Of a DNA stretch of 64,000 bases, positions 1 through 11,305 are shown piece after piece. Source of the stretch: Rhynchobatus australiae. Lineage: Eukaryota. The stretch is from contig JAUZTB010000062.1 of assembly GCA_034780895.1 (NCBI GenBank), positions 9,920,045 through 9,984,044 on the forward strand. The letters run 5' to 3'. Both the position numbers and the translations under genes were made by a program. The notes beneath the pieces are model-generated. The model saw only the letters and a list, made by a program, of their open reading frames with translations, was not told where the DNA came from and did no database searches. Every line of letters begins with the position of its first letter. The stretch's first letter is position 1.

Positions 1-640
1 TTTCTCTGTTACGCCCAAAGCATTTGTATCCCGGAACATTGAGCTGCCAATCCTGCCCTTCTCTCAGCCACATTTCTGTTATGGCCACAATATTCCCAGT
101 CTGAAGAGGCAATCTGTGTCCTCAGTTTATATGCCTTACCTGTTAAGCTAAATGCATTAGATGCAATTTAAAGCAGTGGTTCTATCTGCTCTTTGACTGT
201 AAGCATGGCTATCATGATTGCTCTGCTGCACATACCCCCATCTTCTCACTAACTTCACTTGTCCCACCCCCCCCCGCCCGCCAATCCAATTTAAGCCCTC
301 CCTGGTGGCAAAAACAAATTTCCCCATTAGGATATTGGTCCCCCTCTGGTCCAAGTCACCTCTACCTCAGAAGAGATCCCAATGATCCAAGAACCTGAAT
401 CCCTGCCCCCTGCACCAGCTCTTCAGCCACACATTCATCTGGCTTATCTTTCTATAACTGGACTCATGAGCACATGCCACCGGAGTATTATGCAGATCAC
501 TACCCTCAAGGTCTTGCATTTAAATTTCTTACCTAACTCCCTATACTCATTCTGCAGGACCTCGTCCCTTGTTCTGCCTATGTCATTTGTAGCAATGTGT
601 ACAACCACCTCTGGCTGTTTGCCCTCCCCCTTGAGAATTT
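1..640 (-). mobile_element. CR1-type LINE, ORF1 (esterase-like) end and ORF2 endonuclease start, decayed; runs off the window edge
   Basis: Minus strand encodes AITEMWLREGQDWQLNVPGYKCF (APE N-terminus) and QRGTNILMGKFVFATREGLN (CR1 ORF1 C-terminus). Confidence 0.8.
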
Positions 641-749
641 TGACAAGTTTTTCTTGTTATTTTTAAATCTTTTTTTAAAGCCAGCCTGTCCAAAGAGCTT
701 AATAAAAAAAAATCACTTACAATAGTTAAATTCCTTTCTGAACTGATCA

Positions 750-2024
750 TTACCACCGTGTCTATCATTTTATTTTCAATCTGAGCAATAAAAAACTGCA
801 ATAAGCTTTAACAATATCAAGTCTTTTCTAAAAAAAAATGTGTGCTGCCAATTGTTAAAGGAAGCATTTGGTATATTTTACAAATCATGTGAAAATTGGT
901 AACACAATTAAAACCTTTTAATGTTTACATATAACAGAATCAAACAAACAATTTCACTGACAGAAATACAGAAATGTCACACAGGAAAGGGGTATTCAGC
1001 TGATGAGGATGAAGTTTTCTTTAGGACGATAAGCAGTGTACAGTTTAAAGTACAGGAAGTAGACCTCCTTGTTGATTACAGAGAATTTGATTTATTTGAC
1101 TTGGTTTGTCAGTGCTAAACTACAAGTATGAATGGCAAAGTTTGAAAAATTACTCCAACAATTTATCCTCACAACTTAAAATCAATTAAGTACAAAAAGA
1201 AAATTTATACATTAAGTATATACAGCTCTGATAAATAGACTAATACTGCTTAGTCATCTCTTTTTTCTGCAAATGTTCACCAGTGCACTGAATAATGGAA
1301 ATCAACAAGAAAAAGTAAAACATATATTAACAAAAAGCTTCAATTAAAAAATTAAGTCAAAATGTACCGTCTGATGGACAGACGATTCTTCTTGCGCAAT
1401 TTTTTCAATTATAATGTAACTGGCTTCGTTCCAGGAAAATCTTCATTTTCCAATTCCCATGTCACCACATATCTCGCTCCAACAATCTGGACTGGTTGTA
1501 CACCCTCAGTTTACTAGCACGTCATGAATCATAGCCCAACATCTGTCAGACTTTCCACTGGCATATGAAACACTGAGACTCTGACCTTACCAACTTTCCA
1601 AGATGAATGTTTTTCATAGCTTTCTACATATAGGTTTCTAGAGCTGACATGGATTTTCAATCATACCAGTCCTTGAATATGGCTGATAGAATCATAGGCC
1701 CCTTCCAAAAAAAAGTTAAATCAAGAGCTTCTTGATAAGAAATATAAAGCTTTGAGGAGGTAAAGTAGCGGCCCTGGACTCCACAAACAGACCAGCTGTG
1801 CAGAGGGAAATATTGAGAGATTTTTTTGAGTAAAAACTATATCCTCATTAGTTGAGGAACAGGCAACAGAAGAGCCTTCTAACTTTCAGCACTTTGCTCC
1901 AGCACAAGCACATACCCAGCCCTAGAATGCACTGTGGTTACTGACACTTGAAAACAGACCTCCTTAGGTCAAATGGTCAATGTTAGAAAGATACTTGAAT
2001 CAAGTTGCATAAAATGCTGTCATC
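750..2024 (-). other. CYTH1: Putative CYTH1 3' UTR (about 1.3 kb, AU-rich, no recognisable repeat)
   Basis: Follows the stop codon and ends near AATAAA at 769-774; true end unknown without transcript data. Confidence 0.55.
769..774 (-). terminator. Candidate polyadenylation signal AATAAA (alternatives: AATAAA 1091-1096, ATTAAA 917-922)
   Basis: tttatt on the plus strand; a GT/T-rich tract (gtaagtgattttttttt on minus) follows about 50 nt downstream. Confidence 0.5.
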
Positions 2025-2103
2025 CTAATGCTTCTTTGTTGAAGAAACTTTCTTCTTTCTTGCTGCCAGCATTTCATAGAAAGGGTCTCTGCTGATTGCA
2101 GCC
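2025..2103 (-). CDS. CYTH1: CYTH1 last coding exon (79 nt to stop): AAISRDPFYEMLAARKKKVSSTKKH*
   Basis: Acceptor cttgcAG at 2104-05, TAG at 2025-2027; C-terminal helix and polybasic tail. Confidence 0.97.
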
Positions 2104-2704
2104 CTGCAAGTTAAATAAAGATGATTTAAACAAGACTTTGGATATAAATATAGCACCTAAAATATAAACAATTCAAACCTCTGGCTTAATTTTTCAACAT
2201 CTGCAGTCATTGTTGGTTTACACAGTCATAATTTTTTTTAATTGGTATTGTATGAATGGACACTTAGCAGTGCTTCAGTCAATTTAGATGTTGATAGAAA
2301 AGAATGAAGTACAACAGAACTAGGGCAGGATTGGCAGAAGTCAACTGTGTTGAAAGAACTATCCAAGAACATAGATCCTAATGGCCCTGTACTCAAAAGA
2401 AAAACATGGGAATGCACAAGGGTTAATTTACATAAGGATCCTTTTTGCCCATTTACTTAATTTTGGTAGAAGAGCCATGGAAATCCCACAAAAGTAATAT
2501 AAAAATTGCTTATATGGCTTTCCAACAAGTTGTATGAGTTTCAGGGAGAATCCTAGTGGAAGTTCACCTCCATATCCTCTAGCAAAATGACAGAAGGCAT
2601 GACTAGGCTGAACAGTATTACATACAGTGCAGTTTCTCACTGGACATGAAGTAGCATCAATGGAAATGACACTGGTAATATCAGTTGCCTGCAGATACAG
2701 GAAC

Positions 2705-2785
2705 ACACAAGAACATGGGACAGGATCAGGCCATTTAGTCCCTCAAGCCTGTTCTTTCAGTCCATAAGATCATGATGATCTATGA
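2705..2785 (-). mobile_element. CR1/HE1-type 3' tail fragment
   Basis: aagaacatgggacaggatcaggccatttagtccctcaagcctg resembles the tails at 9735 and 29545. Confidence 0.55.
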
Positions 2786-3419
2786 CATAACTATTATTTA
2801 ACATTGTTCAATTTTCCTTAACATCCTTATTTAATATAAGCTTTTAATAATTTTGGATTTTTTTTTTCTCCTAAGTGTTTTTGGTTTAAAGTGCAGATAT
2901 TAACCATGAGAAATGAAACTGTTTCCATTTNNNNNNNNNNNNNNNNNNNNNNNNNNNNNNNNNNNNNNNNNNNNNNNNNNNNNNNNNNNNNNNNNNNNNN
3001 NNNNNNNNNNNNNNNNNNNNNNNNNNNNNNNNNNNNNNNNNNNNNNNNNNNNNNNNNNNNNNNNNNNNNNNNNNNNNNNNNNNNNNNNNNNNNNNNNNNN
3101 NNNNNNNNNNNNNNNNNNNNNNNNNNNNNNNNNNNNNNNNNNNNNNNNNNNNNNNNNNNNNNNNNNNNNNNNNNNNNNNNNNNNNNNNNNNNNNNNNNNN
3201 NNNNNNNNNNNNNNNNNNNNNNNNNNNNNNNNNNNNNNNNNNNNNNNNNNNNNNNNNNNNNNNNNNNNNNNNNNNNNNNNNNNNNNNNNNNNNNNNNNNN
3301 NNNNNNNNNNNNNNNNNNNNNNNNNNNNNNNNNNNNNNNNNNNNNNNNNNNNNNNNNNNNNNNNNNNNNNNNAATGAAGTGCTCATGAGTGAGATACATT
3401 TCAGACAGCCAAGAACCCC

Positions 3420-3545
3420 ACTACGGCCTCTACTAGAAGAGCTTGGCAGGAGGTGGTTTGAGTCAACTCCTCCCGGAATGAAAATCTACAATTCTATGCA
3501 AAGTTGTTGTACGAAGTTGCATGATCTCACAAGATATGCTAAGAT
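3420..3545 (+). pseudogene. Decayed Myb/SANT-like ORF of a PIF/Harbinger transposon
   Basis: TRRAWQEVV*VNS (from 3432) then, in another frame, MQSCCTKLHDLTRYAK (3496-3543), resembling the AW.EV...QC.KK.NDL.R..K pattern. Confidence 0.55.
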
Positions 3546-3754
3546 GAATTGCCAGCCACTCAAAACAGGCACATTACTCATCCCTCATCCACACCATCTC
3601 CTACCCCAACCTTTCTGCTAACCACATTTACCCCCTCAACTTCCCACATAGAAGCCAAGCCTCCAAATGAAGGATAATCAGATTATTCAATGTCCTTCAT
3701 CTTCCTCTTTAAGGCAAAAAAGGCAAGGAATAAGAGGGAAGCCTCTCATCCCTT

Positions 3755-3900
3755 TGGACAAGAGGAGAAATAATAAAGGCAAGAAGAAACTTGTGGCAGT
3801 GGTGTATGGACCGCTGAGCAGGAACCACATAGCAGGACAGAGTATAAAGGAAGAAATAATCAGGGTTTGTCAGAAAGGGAAGATGGTAATCATGGTCTTT
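3755..3900 (+). mobile_element. Internal CR1 ORF2 endonuclease fragment
   Basis: RNNKGKKKLVAVVYGPLSRNHIAGQSIKEEIIRVCQKGKMVIM resembles CR1 APE (VGVVYRPP...VIMGDFN). Confidence 0.7.
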
Positions 3901-4089
3901 CCTGGCTGCTCTTCCTTTGGCACTGGCTGTTTTCTCTTGTTGGCCAGTCTATGGAACTGCAATATACCACAAAAATTTTTTCACTCTACTGGGACTTATA
4001 TCGCAGCACACTCCCACAAATTGAAGGCACCTAAATCTCATTTTCAAGAGACTAACAGCATTATTTACAACTGTTTTTAATGTTCGTTG

Positions 4090-4740
4090 GCTGTCACTTC
4101 ATTGACACTCAGCTAGAATGGTGGGGATGTGCACTGGCATTATAGGGCTCAGGACAGAGGGTCTCCCAAGATCCATGCCTAATGGCACTAGTGTCTACTG
4201 AAAACATCAGGCAGTGCAGGCAAATGAAGATGAAGGGATCATGGAAGCTACCAGGAAATATGGCATTGACCATCAGAAAATTCTTCTCATGATCAATGAT
4301 GACCTGAAGGCTTAGTGAGCCTTCATGAAGAGATTGAGTATTTTTCAAAAGATCCCTTATGGAAACATGATAGCAACCTGTGCTTTGGGAAAGGCATCAA
4401 CAATGGCAAAACCAATTCATGACATGTTAACTTCTCCTCACCAAGATCAATCTGCATAAAGTCATTCCCCCACCATTCCAGAATCTGAATGATCTTTCTA
4501 AAGTTTTGTAAAAAAGCAAATTGACATTGATCCAGTGGTGAGGAAGTTGAAATCTACAAGCACTTTGACCTCCAAGTTCATGGTCATCCCTTAGAATATC
4601 ACAGACATCAGTTAGTAAAGCTTTGGAAACCCTGCACATGTGAACACATTGCTCATAAAAAGATTCAGGAACCATCTTGTCTCTGGGAATAGGATCTTCA
4701 TAAATCAGCATTCCTGTGCCTCTTGTCTCATGGTTCCCAG
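4090..4740 (-). mobile_element. Decayed PIF/Harbinger (HARBI1-like) transposase
   Basis: Fragments EQCVHMCRVSKALLTDVCDIL, GFAIVDAFPKAQVAI and SLSLQVIIDHEKNFLMVNAIFPGSFHDPFI match Harbinger motifs (EQC.RRLR.S, GFP.V.GAID, SLNVQ.VCD...A.FPGS.HD.FI). Confidence 0.75.
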
Positions 4741-5414
4741 TCCTTCCAGAGTCATCTGCAACTTTATGCTGAAACAATCCTATGATTCTATTTAACCCAA
4801 AGCATCCATCGATAAACTTCTTCTGGTAGAATAACTACTGAGGCACCCACCAAATGAGTTGCTTGCAGTTAAATATTGAGTACAGTCTGAAGACCCAGAA
4901 AGATGATTCTGCCACCTGTGGCCAGCTCCAGAACCAAGGTCGGCGGAATGGCCCTTTAAAATGGAGTTAAATGAAGAATGTAGTGCATTTTGCTCCTTGT
5001 TTTCCTGCCACAGCAGTTAAATGGCAGTTGTTTTCTGGAGCTTTGGGTTTTAATGTATGCCGGAAGGGGTAGAAACAGATATTGTACATCACATAAAATC
5101 GCAACTTAGATGTCTGACACTGGAAAAACATGACATACTTATGTGGATTGTGACACGAAGTGTGGGGTTCAATTTTACCACTAGCTAGCAACTAATTCTG
5201 GTGAAACTTATTTTGAACTCATTAGAAAGATAATCTAGGTTCATTAATGATGAAAGCACAACTTCATGTACATTGAATTTGGTGAGGAGCAATTGACATT
5301 ACTGAATTAAAAGCACTATTTTCAAGTAACTGCACCTCTAATTCCTCAAGTCAAATGTTTTGTAAAATTAATTACAATATCTATTGCTTGAATGATGAAT
5401 ACTTATTTACTCAC

Positions 5415-5569
5415 TTAATACATTTTATCCATTCATCTTTCTCCTCTGGGGTTGGTGCAGATATCCTGTAAACTGTGTGACTTCCTTCTACCACTCGCCC
5501 ATCAGCCTCAGTCTTGCAGGCCTTAATAAACTGGTCTTTGTTATCCGGAATGTAGAGCTCAAAGCAATT
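5415..5569 (-). CDS. CYTH1: CYTH1 exon 13 (155 nt): [51 protein letters not shown](K)
   Basis: Acceptor tttcAG, donor GTGAGT; PH beta6/beta7 insertion [15 protein letters not shown]. Confidence 0.97.
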
Positions 5570-5849
5570 CTGAAATTTAAAAAATAAGAAATGTAAATTA
5601 TTTCTAACAAATCTGCTGACAAAGGATCACATTGTTAAACAATTTAAAGATTATTCTCTATTATTTTCTCTTACTCAAGTACACTTTGAATTGTACCAAG
5701 CAACTATAATTCAAGCCCATAATCATCATGATAAATGCTTGAAAAGATAACAGATCTAATCTTTACCCTCCGCTATTTCTCACTGATATACTGCCCCAAA
5801 TCCCAAAACTAAATGTCAGATTACATTGGATTACCCACCCGATATAACG

Positions 5850-6800
5850 CAGACCATTTGCACCATTCAATCCATGCTGACAGTTATGCTCCATTCAATC
5901 CTCCTCCTGCCTTTCCTCATTAATCAATTAGTGTAACTCTCTATTCCATGCTCCCACATATGCCTCTTAAATCCATCCATTGTATTTGCTTCAACCATGG
6001 TAACATGCTTGAATTCACATTCACACCATTCTTTGAGAAGAGAAGTTTCTTCTGATTTTTCTATTGGATTTCTTGATGGTATTATATTGAAGGTCTCCAG
6101 TTATACTTCTCTCACAAATGGGAACATTATCTTTGTATTCTCTTGATCAAGACCTTTCCTCANNNNNNNNNNNNNNNNNNNNNNNNNNNNNNNNNNNNNN
6201 NNNNNNNNNNNNNNNNNNNNNNNNNNNNNNNNNNNNNNNNNNNNNNNNNNNCCTCAAAACAGACTCAGCACAACCTCCCTTCTTTTCAATTCCATCCGTC
6301 TAGAAATAAACAAACCCTAGTGCTTGATGTGCTTTCCTTGTGGCCTTGCTAAACTGTGGCATAACAATTAGTGAATTTATGCTCCAAGATCCTTTTGTTT
6401 CTCCACCTCATCTGCACTTGCAACTTTAAAGTAATATGTGACCCTATCAAAATGCATTACATTTACCCATTCTGCAAGTTTACGAATGTTCTCTTGTAAC
6501 CTGTTAAAATCCTCTTAAATATTGATTATCCTCTCACCAATTTAGTATCTGCAAAGTAAGAAGTTGTGTTCATGATTTCAAAGTCTAAATTACTGATGTA
6601 AATTGTAATGTAAATTATGAACAGCAATTGTCCCAGCACCGATCTTGTGGAATAACATTATCCACCCTCTTCCACTGTAAATAGGTACCCATAACTCCCA
6701 CTTTCTGCTTTCTGCCTTGAAGCCAGGTAGCAAACAATTCTGCTACTTGTCCCTAACTCCATATTTATTATTATGTTATTATTCTATTATTAAAAGCTTC
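5850..6800 (-). mobile_element. Old CR1-type LINE 3' part (3' UTR and RT C-terminus), contains a gap
   Basis: Shares motifs with other CR1 copies (ccaagatcc, gtcccagcaccgatc, aagcca); heavily diverged. Confidence 0.6.
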
Positions 6801-6825
6801 CACACCATTGACAACCAATCTAACC

Positions 6826-7848
6826 AGCTGGATTTCAAATAACGATGAGTCGGGGTACAGGAAAGAGATAGAGAGCTCAGTCACTTGGTGTCATGACAAC
6901 AACCTTTCCTTCAATGTCAGCAAAATGAAAGAGCTGGTCATTGAGTTCAGGAAGGGGGGCAGTGCACATGGTCCTGTCTACATCAACGGTGTTGAGGACA
7001 AGAGGGTTGAAAGCTCCAAGTTCCTAGGAGTGAACATCACCAATAACCCATCCTGGTCCAACCATGTAGATGCCATGGTCAAGAAATCTCACCAGTACCT
7101 CTACTTCCTCAGGAGGCTAAAGAAATTTGGCATGTTCCCTTTGACACTCTCCAACTTTTAGCGATGCACCACAGAAAGCATTCTATCTGGATGCATCACG
7201 GCTTGGTATGGCAACTGCTCTGCCCGGGACCACAAGAAACTGCAGAGTTGTGGACACAACTCAGCACATCACAGAAACCAGCCTCCCCTCCATGAACTCT
7301 GTCCATACTTCTTGTTGTCTCAGTAAAGCAGCCAACATAATCAGAGACCGAATCCCACCTGGGACATTCTCCGTTCTTCCCTCTTCCATCAGGCAGAAGA
7401 TACAAAAGCCTGAAAGCACCTACCACCAGGCTGAAGGACAGCTTCCATCCCACTATTGTACGACTATTGAACAGTTCCCTAATATGATATGATGGACTCT
7501 TGACCCCACAATTTACCTCGTTATAACCTGGGCACCTTATTGTCTATCTGCACTGCACTTTTTCTGTAGCTGTGATACATTACTCTGCATTCTGTATTGT
7601 TTTACCTTGTACTACCTCAATGCACTGTGTAATGAATTGATCTGTATGAACAGTGTGCACGACAAGTTTTTCACTGTACCTTGATACTTGTGACAATAAN
7701 NNNNNNNNNNNNNNNNNNNNNNNNNNNNNNNNNNNNNNNNNNNNNNNNNNNNNNNNNNNNNNNNNNNNNNNNNNNNNNNNNNNNNNNNNNNNNNNNNNNT
7801 TTTTCACTGTACCTTGATACTTGTGACAATAATAAACCAATTCCAATT
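6826..7848 (+). mobile_element. Rex1/Babar-type LINE, 5'-truncated
   Basis: [14 protein letters not shown]...FNVSKMKELVIEFRK...KFLGVNIT...LYFLRRLKKFG; 3' end caataataaaccaattccaatt. Confidence 0.9.
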
Positions 7849-8068
7849 CTACCTCACTACCACTAAAAGATAAATCTTCCTCCCAATATATATCACGTTT
7901 TACTTAAACTTCAGATCCTCTGAAGATTTTATTCAGATTCTCTTTGGTTGCACATTGTCAAATCACAAAATGCTTTGCAGGAATGAATAAACTAATGCAG
8001 AAATTTGCTGTATTAAAATATATCAAAAAGATTTCTTTTTGAAAATGATAAATTTCTGATTAACTTAC

Positions 8069-8140
8069 TGGCTTTTTTGAGTCCTCTACTTCTCGGATGC
8101 TGAGGTTTTCAAGTGGAATGATTCCTCTGGGTTCTTTGTC
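8069..8140 (-). CDS. CYTH1: CYTH1 exon 12 (72 nt): DKEPRGIIPLENLSIREVEDSKKP
   Basis: Acceptor tttcacAG, donor GTAAGT; peptide visible in ORF 8060..8308. Confidence 0.97.
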
Positions 8141-9734
8141 CTGTGAAAGTACTATTCTTTTAACACAAAACTCATGAATACACGATTTCAATACATTATC
8201 AGTACAGCTATTTTTGGTGGAGGAAATTAGTAACATTTCTTTGGTTCCATATATGAAAGTAAATGCAGTGAATCTTTTGACATTCTTGAATACCAAAAGA
8301 TAAATCAAAAGGAATAGTTGCTGGTCTGATATTGCATTTGCCCTTGAGGCGTGACAAGAAGTTGAGAAGGAGATAGCTGCCTAAACCATTGCTTGCAAGA
8401 GATCCAATGCAGTGCGCTCTGTGTATATAATAAAAATGAGAGAGAAAACAGATTTTGCACAAAAGGCAGGCTAATTTTATAAGCCTTTACATCTCCATAA
8501 GGCATTTGTCATGTCAGCATCAAATTAAAACTTGCAAAATCTTTCAGGTGACATCAATAGTAAATACTCCCTGATACAACTACTCAAAGACTGTAACATA
8601 CATGAGAAAGGATCAATTGTTTTTCAACTAAGTTTTAACCTAAGGGTATCAGTTACTGAAAACAAAAGATAAAAATTAATTTCAAATATTTAACATAATA
8701 TAAATATCAACCCTTGCCTTAGTTTCAAGATATCATCTATATCACTACAGGGTTGATAAGTATATCAGATTCTTTAAGCGCATGAACATAGCCTCCTTTA
8801 TATGCATGCAATCCAGAGATGTTATGTTCTACTTCCTTCATATTAGCAAACCTGGAGTTCATGGACCAAATGAGATCCTCCTCAGCAAAGTATCCTAGCC
8901 AGTTTCTCCCTCATATCATTCAAAATTAAATGCATATAACAATGTCGTCTATGGATGACAGCCAATCACCAATGTCTACGAATAAAGTAAAACTCAGAAA
9001 AAGCCAAAAAATCACCATACAATGCCAGCGCATCGCAATGGCATGACAATGAGGTCAATGGAATAAATTTCCAAGGCAGCATACAATGTACTGACACTAC
9101 AAGACATTTAGTACCATTGATCAGGACTTTTTTTTAAAGGAACAAATCTATCATGTAAAGCCAGACAGTTTTCCTCCCACCAATCTTGCAATGTCTGGAA
9201 TTTTAACCTACTCGTCCAAGAGAATGAGAGGAATTAAGTTGACAGTGTCCATTTTTACAGTTTGCAGAATGGGGTACAAATGCTAACCTAGGTACCCAAA
9301 TGCAATTTAGTGTCCTGAGCAGCCAAACCTCTTAATCTTTTCCTGCCAAATCAAGAGAGGAGGAAGAAAATTCCAAGTCAGAGAAGTCTTAGGTAATTAA
9401 AAAAATATATTTTCCTTACAGAACCTGGACTAGTAGGAGAGCTCCAGTAGCACAGGAGTTGTAAACCCATCAAGTGTCCGTAACCATTCAGGAAATCTTT
9501 TGGATTGAAAGGGTGCAGTTACAGACATTCAATGAACGTGAAGCCAAGTTGTGATCTCTCGGCAAGTGAATAACCAGAAGCTGATTTGACTTTGCTCCAC
9601 TGGGTGAGAGCATGGCAGGAATGGTCTGTTCCTCCCACTCCAATCCCACCTCTCTTTGTCCATTCATTTCAGGGCAAAGCTCATTCAAATATGTTAGGAG
9701 TGTTTCATAATATACCAAGGACTTTTAACCAAAG

Positions 9735-10270
9735 AAACATAAGAAATTAGGACCAGGAGTAGGCCACTCAAGCCTGTCCCACCATTCATTCTACATGATC
9801 ATGGCTGATCTGCCCCAGGCCTCACCTCCTCTTTGGTGCCAGTTCCACAAGTTTTAAATAATTGGCCCCTTCTATACCCCCTCATTCCAGATTCTCCTCC
9901 AAATGGAAACATCTCAACATATACTCTGTCAATCCCCCCACAGGATCTTGTATGTTTCAATAAGATCACCCCTCTTCTAAATTCAAAGGAACATCGGTTT
10001 ACATTTTTTGCTGTTCACAATAGGTCAACTCTCTCATCCCAGAGATCAGTCTCGTGAATAACTTTAGGACTGCCTTTAATGCTAGTACATCATTTCTTAA
10101 ATAAGATGACCAAAACTTTATACAATATTTCAGTTGCAGTCTCACCAACATGAACACTTTGTAACAACTTCTCTATTTTTTAAAATCCAACTCCCTAGTA
10201 ATAAAAAAACAATTTGCCTTAGTTTATTTGCTGCACCTGCACGTTATCTTTGCTTTATGCACAAGAACAT
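9735..10270 (-). mobile_element. CR1-type LINE 3' fragment
   Basis: aacataagaaattaggaccaggagtaggcc...gatcatggctgatc tail followed by decayed RT C-terminal sequence. Confidence 0.7.
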
Positions 10271-11228
10271 CTTCTGCCAAACGTCCCCTCCATCCTCACT
10301 ACACACCAACTAAGAACAACATCTACACTTCAACTCCACTGTGAAATCACCAAAGTTCCAAGTGCCATCCAGTTCTTGCGGATTTATGGACGCAAGCTCC
10401 TGGTTCCTCTCCGATGATGCAAGTGCTCCACTTGCCACCTGCCTGAAGTCTGGTAGTAGTTAACATCCACCCCATTGTCAAGCACCGCAACATTAAAGGG
10501 CAAAGGGTAAGCTATTGAACCTGACTAGTAGAAGTGAGCTGTAACTCAAATCAGAACATGCGCCTTTGGGAGAGAAGAAGAATAATTGCTCAGTTTTTTT
10601 CTGAGATTATCAGCATTGTAAACTTCTCTGCATTAAATCTGATTTTAGGTAACTAACTTCAGGATCCAATCAAAGCAATTATTGTCTCGTTTCATCCAGA
10701 ATTGTCTAGTGCCAAAAGGGTCTATTGTCTAAATAGGGTCATTGATATAGCTGCAAAATAAATAGAAAAAATAAAGCAACCCTGCATTGGGATTCTCTGT
10801 TTTAATCAGAGTTTAGCTGTATTAACACATCTTACATCTGCAATCAGCCTTACATTGTCCTCATTTTACACTCACATTAAAGGAGTAGCCACTTCAGTGA
10901 ATAATGCCTAAACTATCATTAATCAATGCTTTCTGAGAGGGGAGTACCTAGAAACAGTTAAAAAGCTCTTTCAATTATTCTGAATATTTGTATGGTAGTT
11001 GCTTCATATTTCAGTTGATCTCGGTGATATTTGGGGGGTGATTCAAAACTTTGCACTGCCTGTGCTGAATTGTTCTTCNNNNNNNNNNNNNNNNNNNNNN
11101 NCATCAACCAAAACCTGATGGCAGTACATGGCAATGGCCCAAATTTTCATCCACTTCTTAAGAAAAACAGAATATAATTTAGAGTAAAGGGCGAGTAGAA
11201 TTCTGAAAACTTAACAGCCCTAACTTAC

Positions 11229-11305
11229 CGTGGTGTATTCAAAGTAGTACAAGCAGTTGTCAGTCAGAATAAACCAACGTCGTTTCCACGTTTTCACTCT
11301 TCCAC
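11229..11305 (-). CDS. CYTH1: CYTH1 exon 11 (77 nt): (G)[25 protein letters not shown]
   Basis: Acceptor ctacAG, donor GTAAGT; PH phosphoinositide-binding motif KTWKRRWF. Confidence 0.97.

Noticed and set aside
7667-7832. Duplicated ttttcactgtaccttgatacttgtgacaataa on both sides of a 100-N gap
   Set aside because: Exact duplication flanking a gap is typical of an unmerged contig overlap, not a real tandem repeat.
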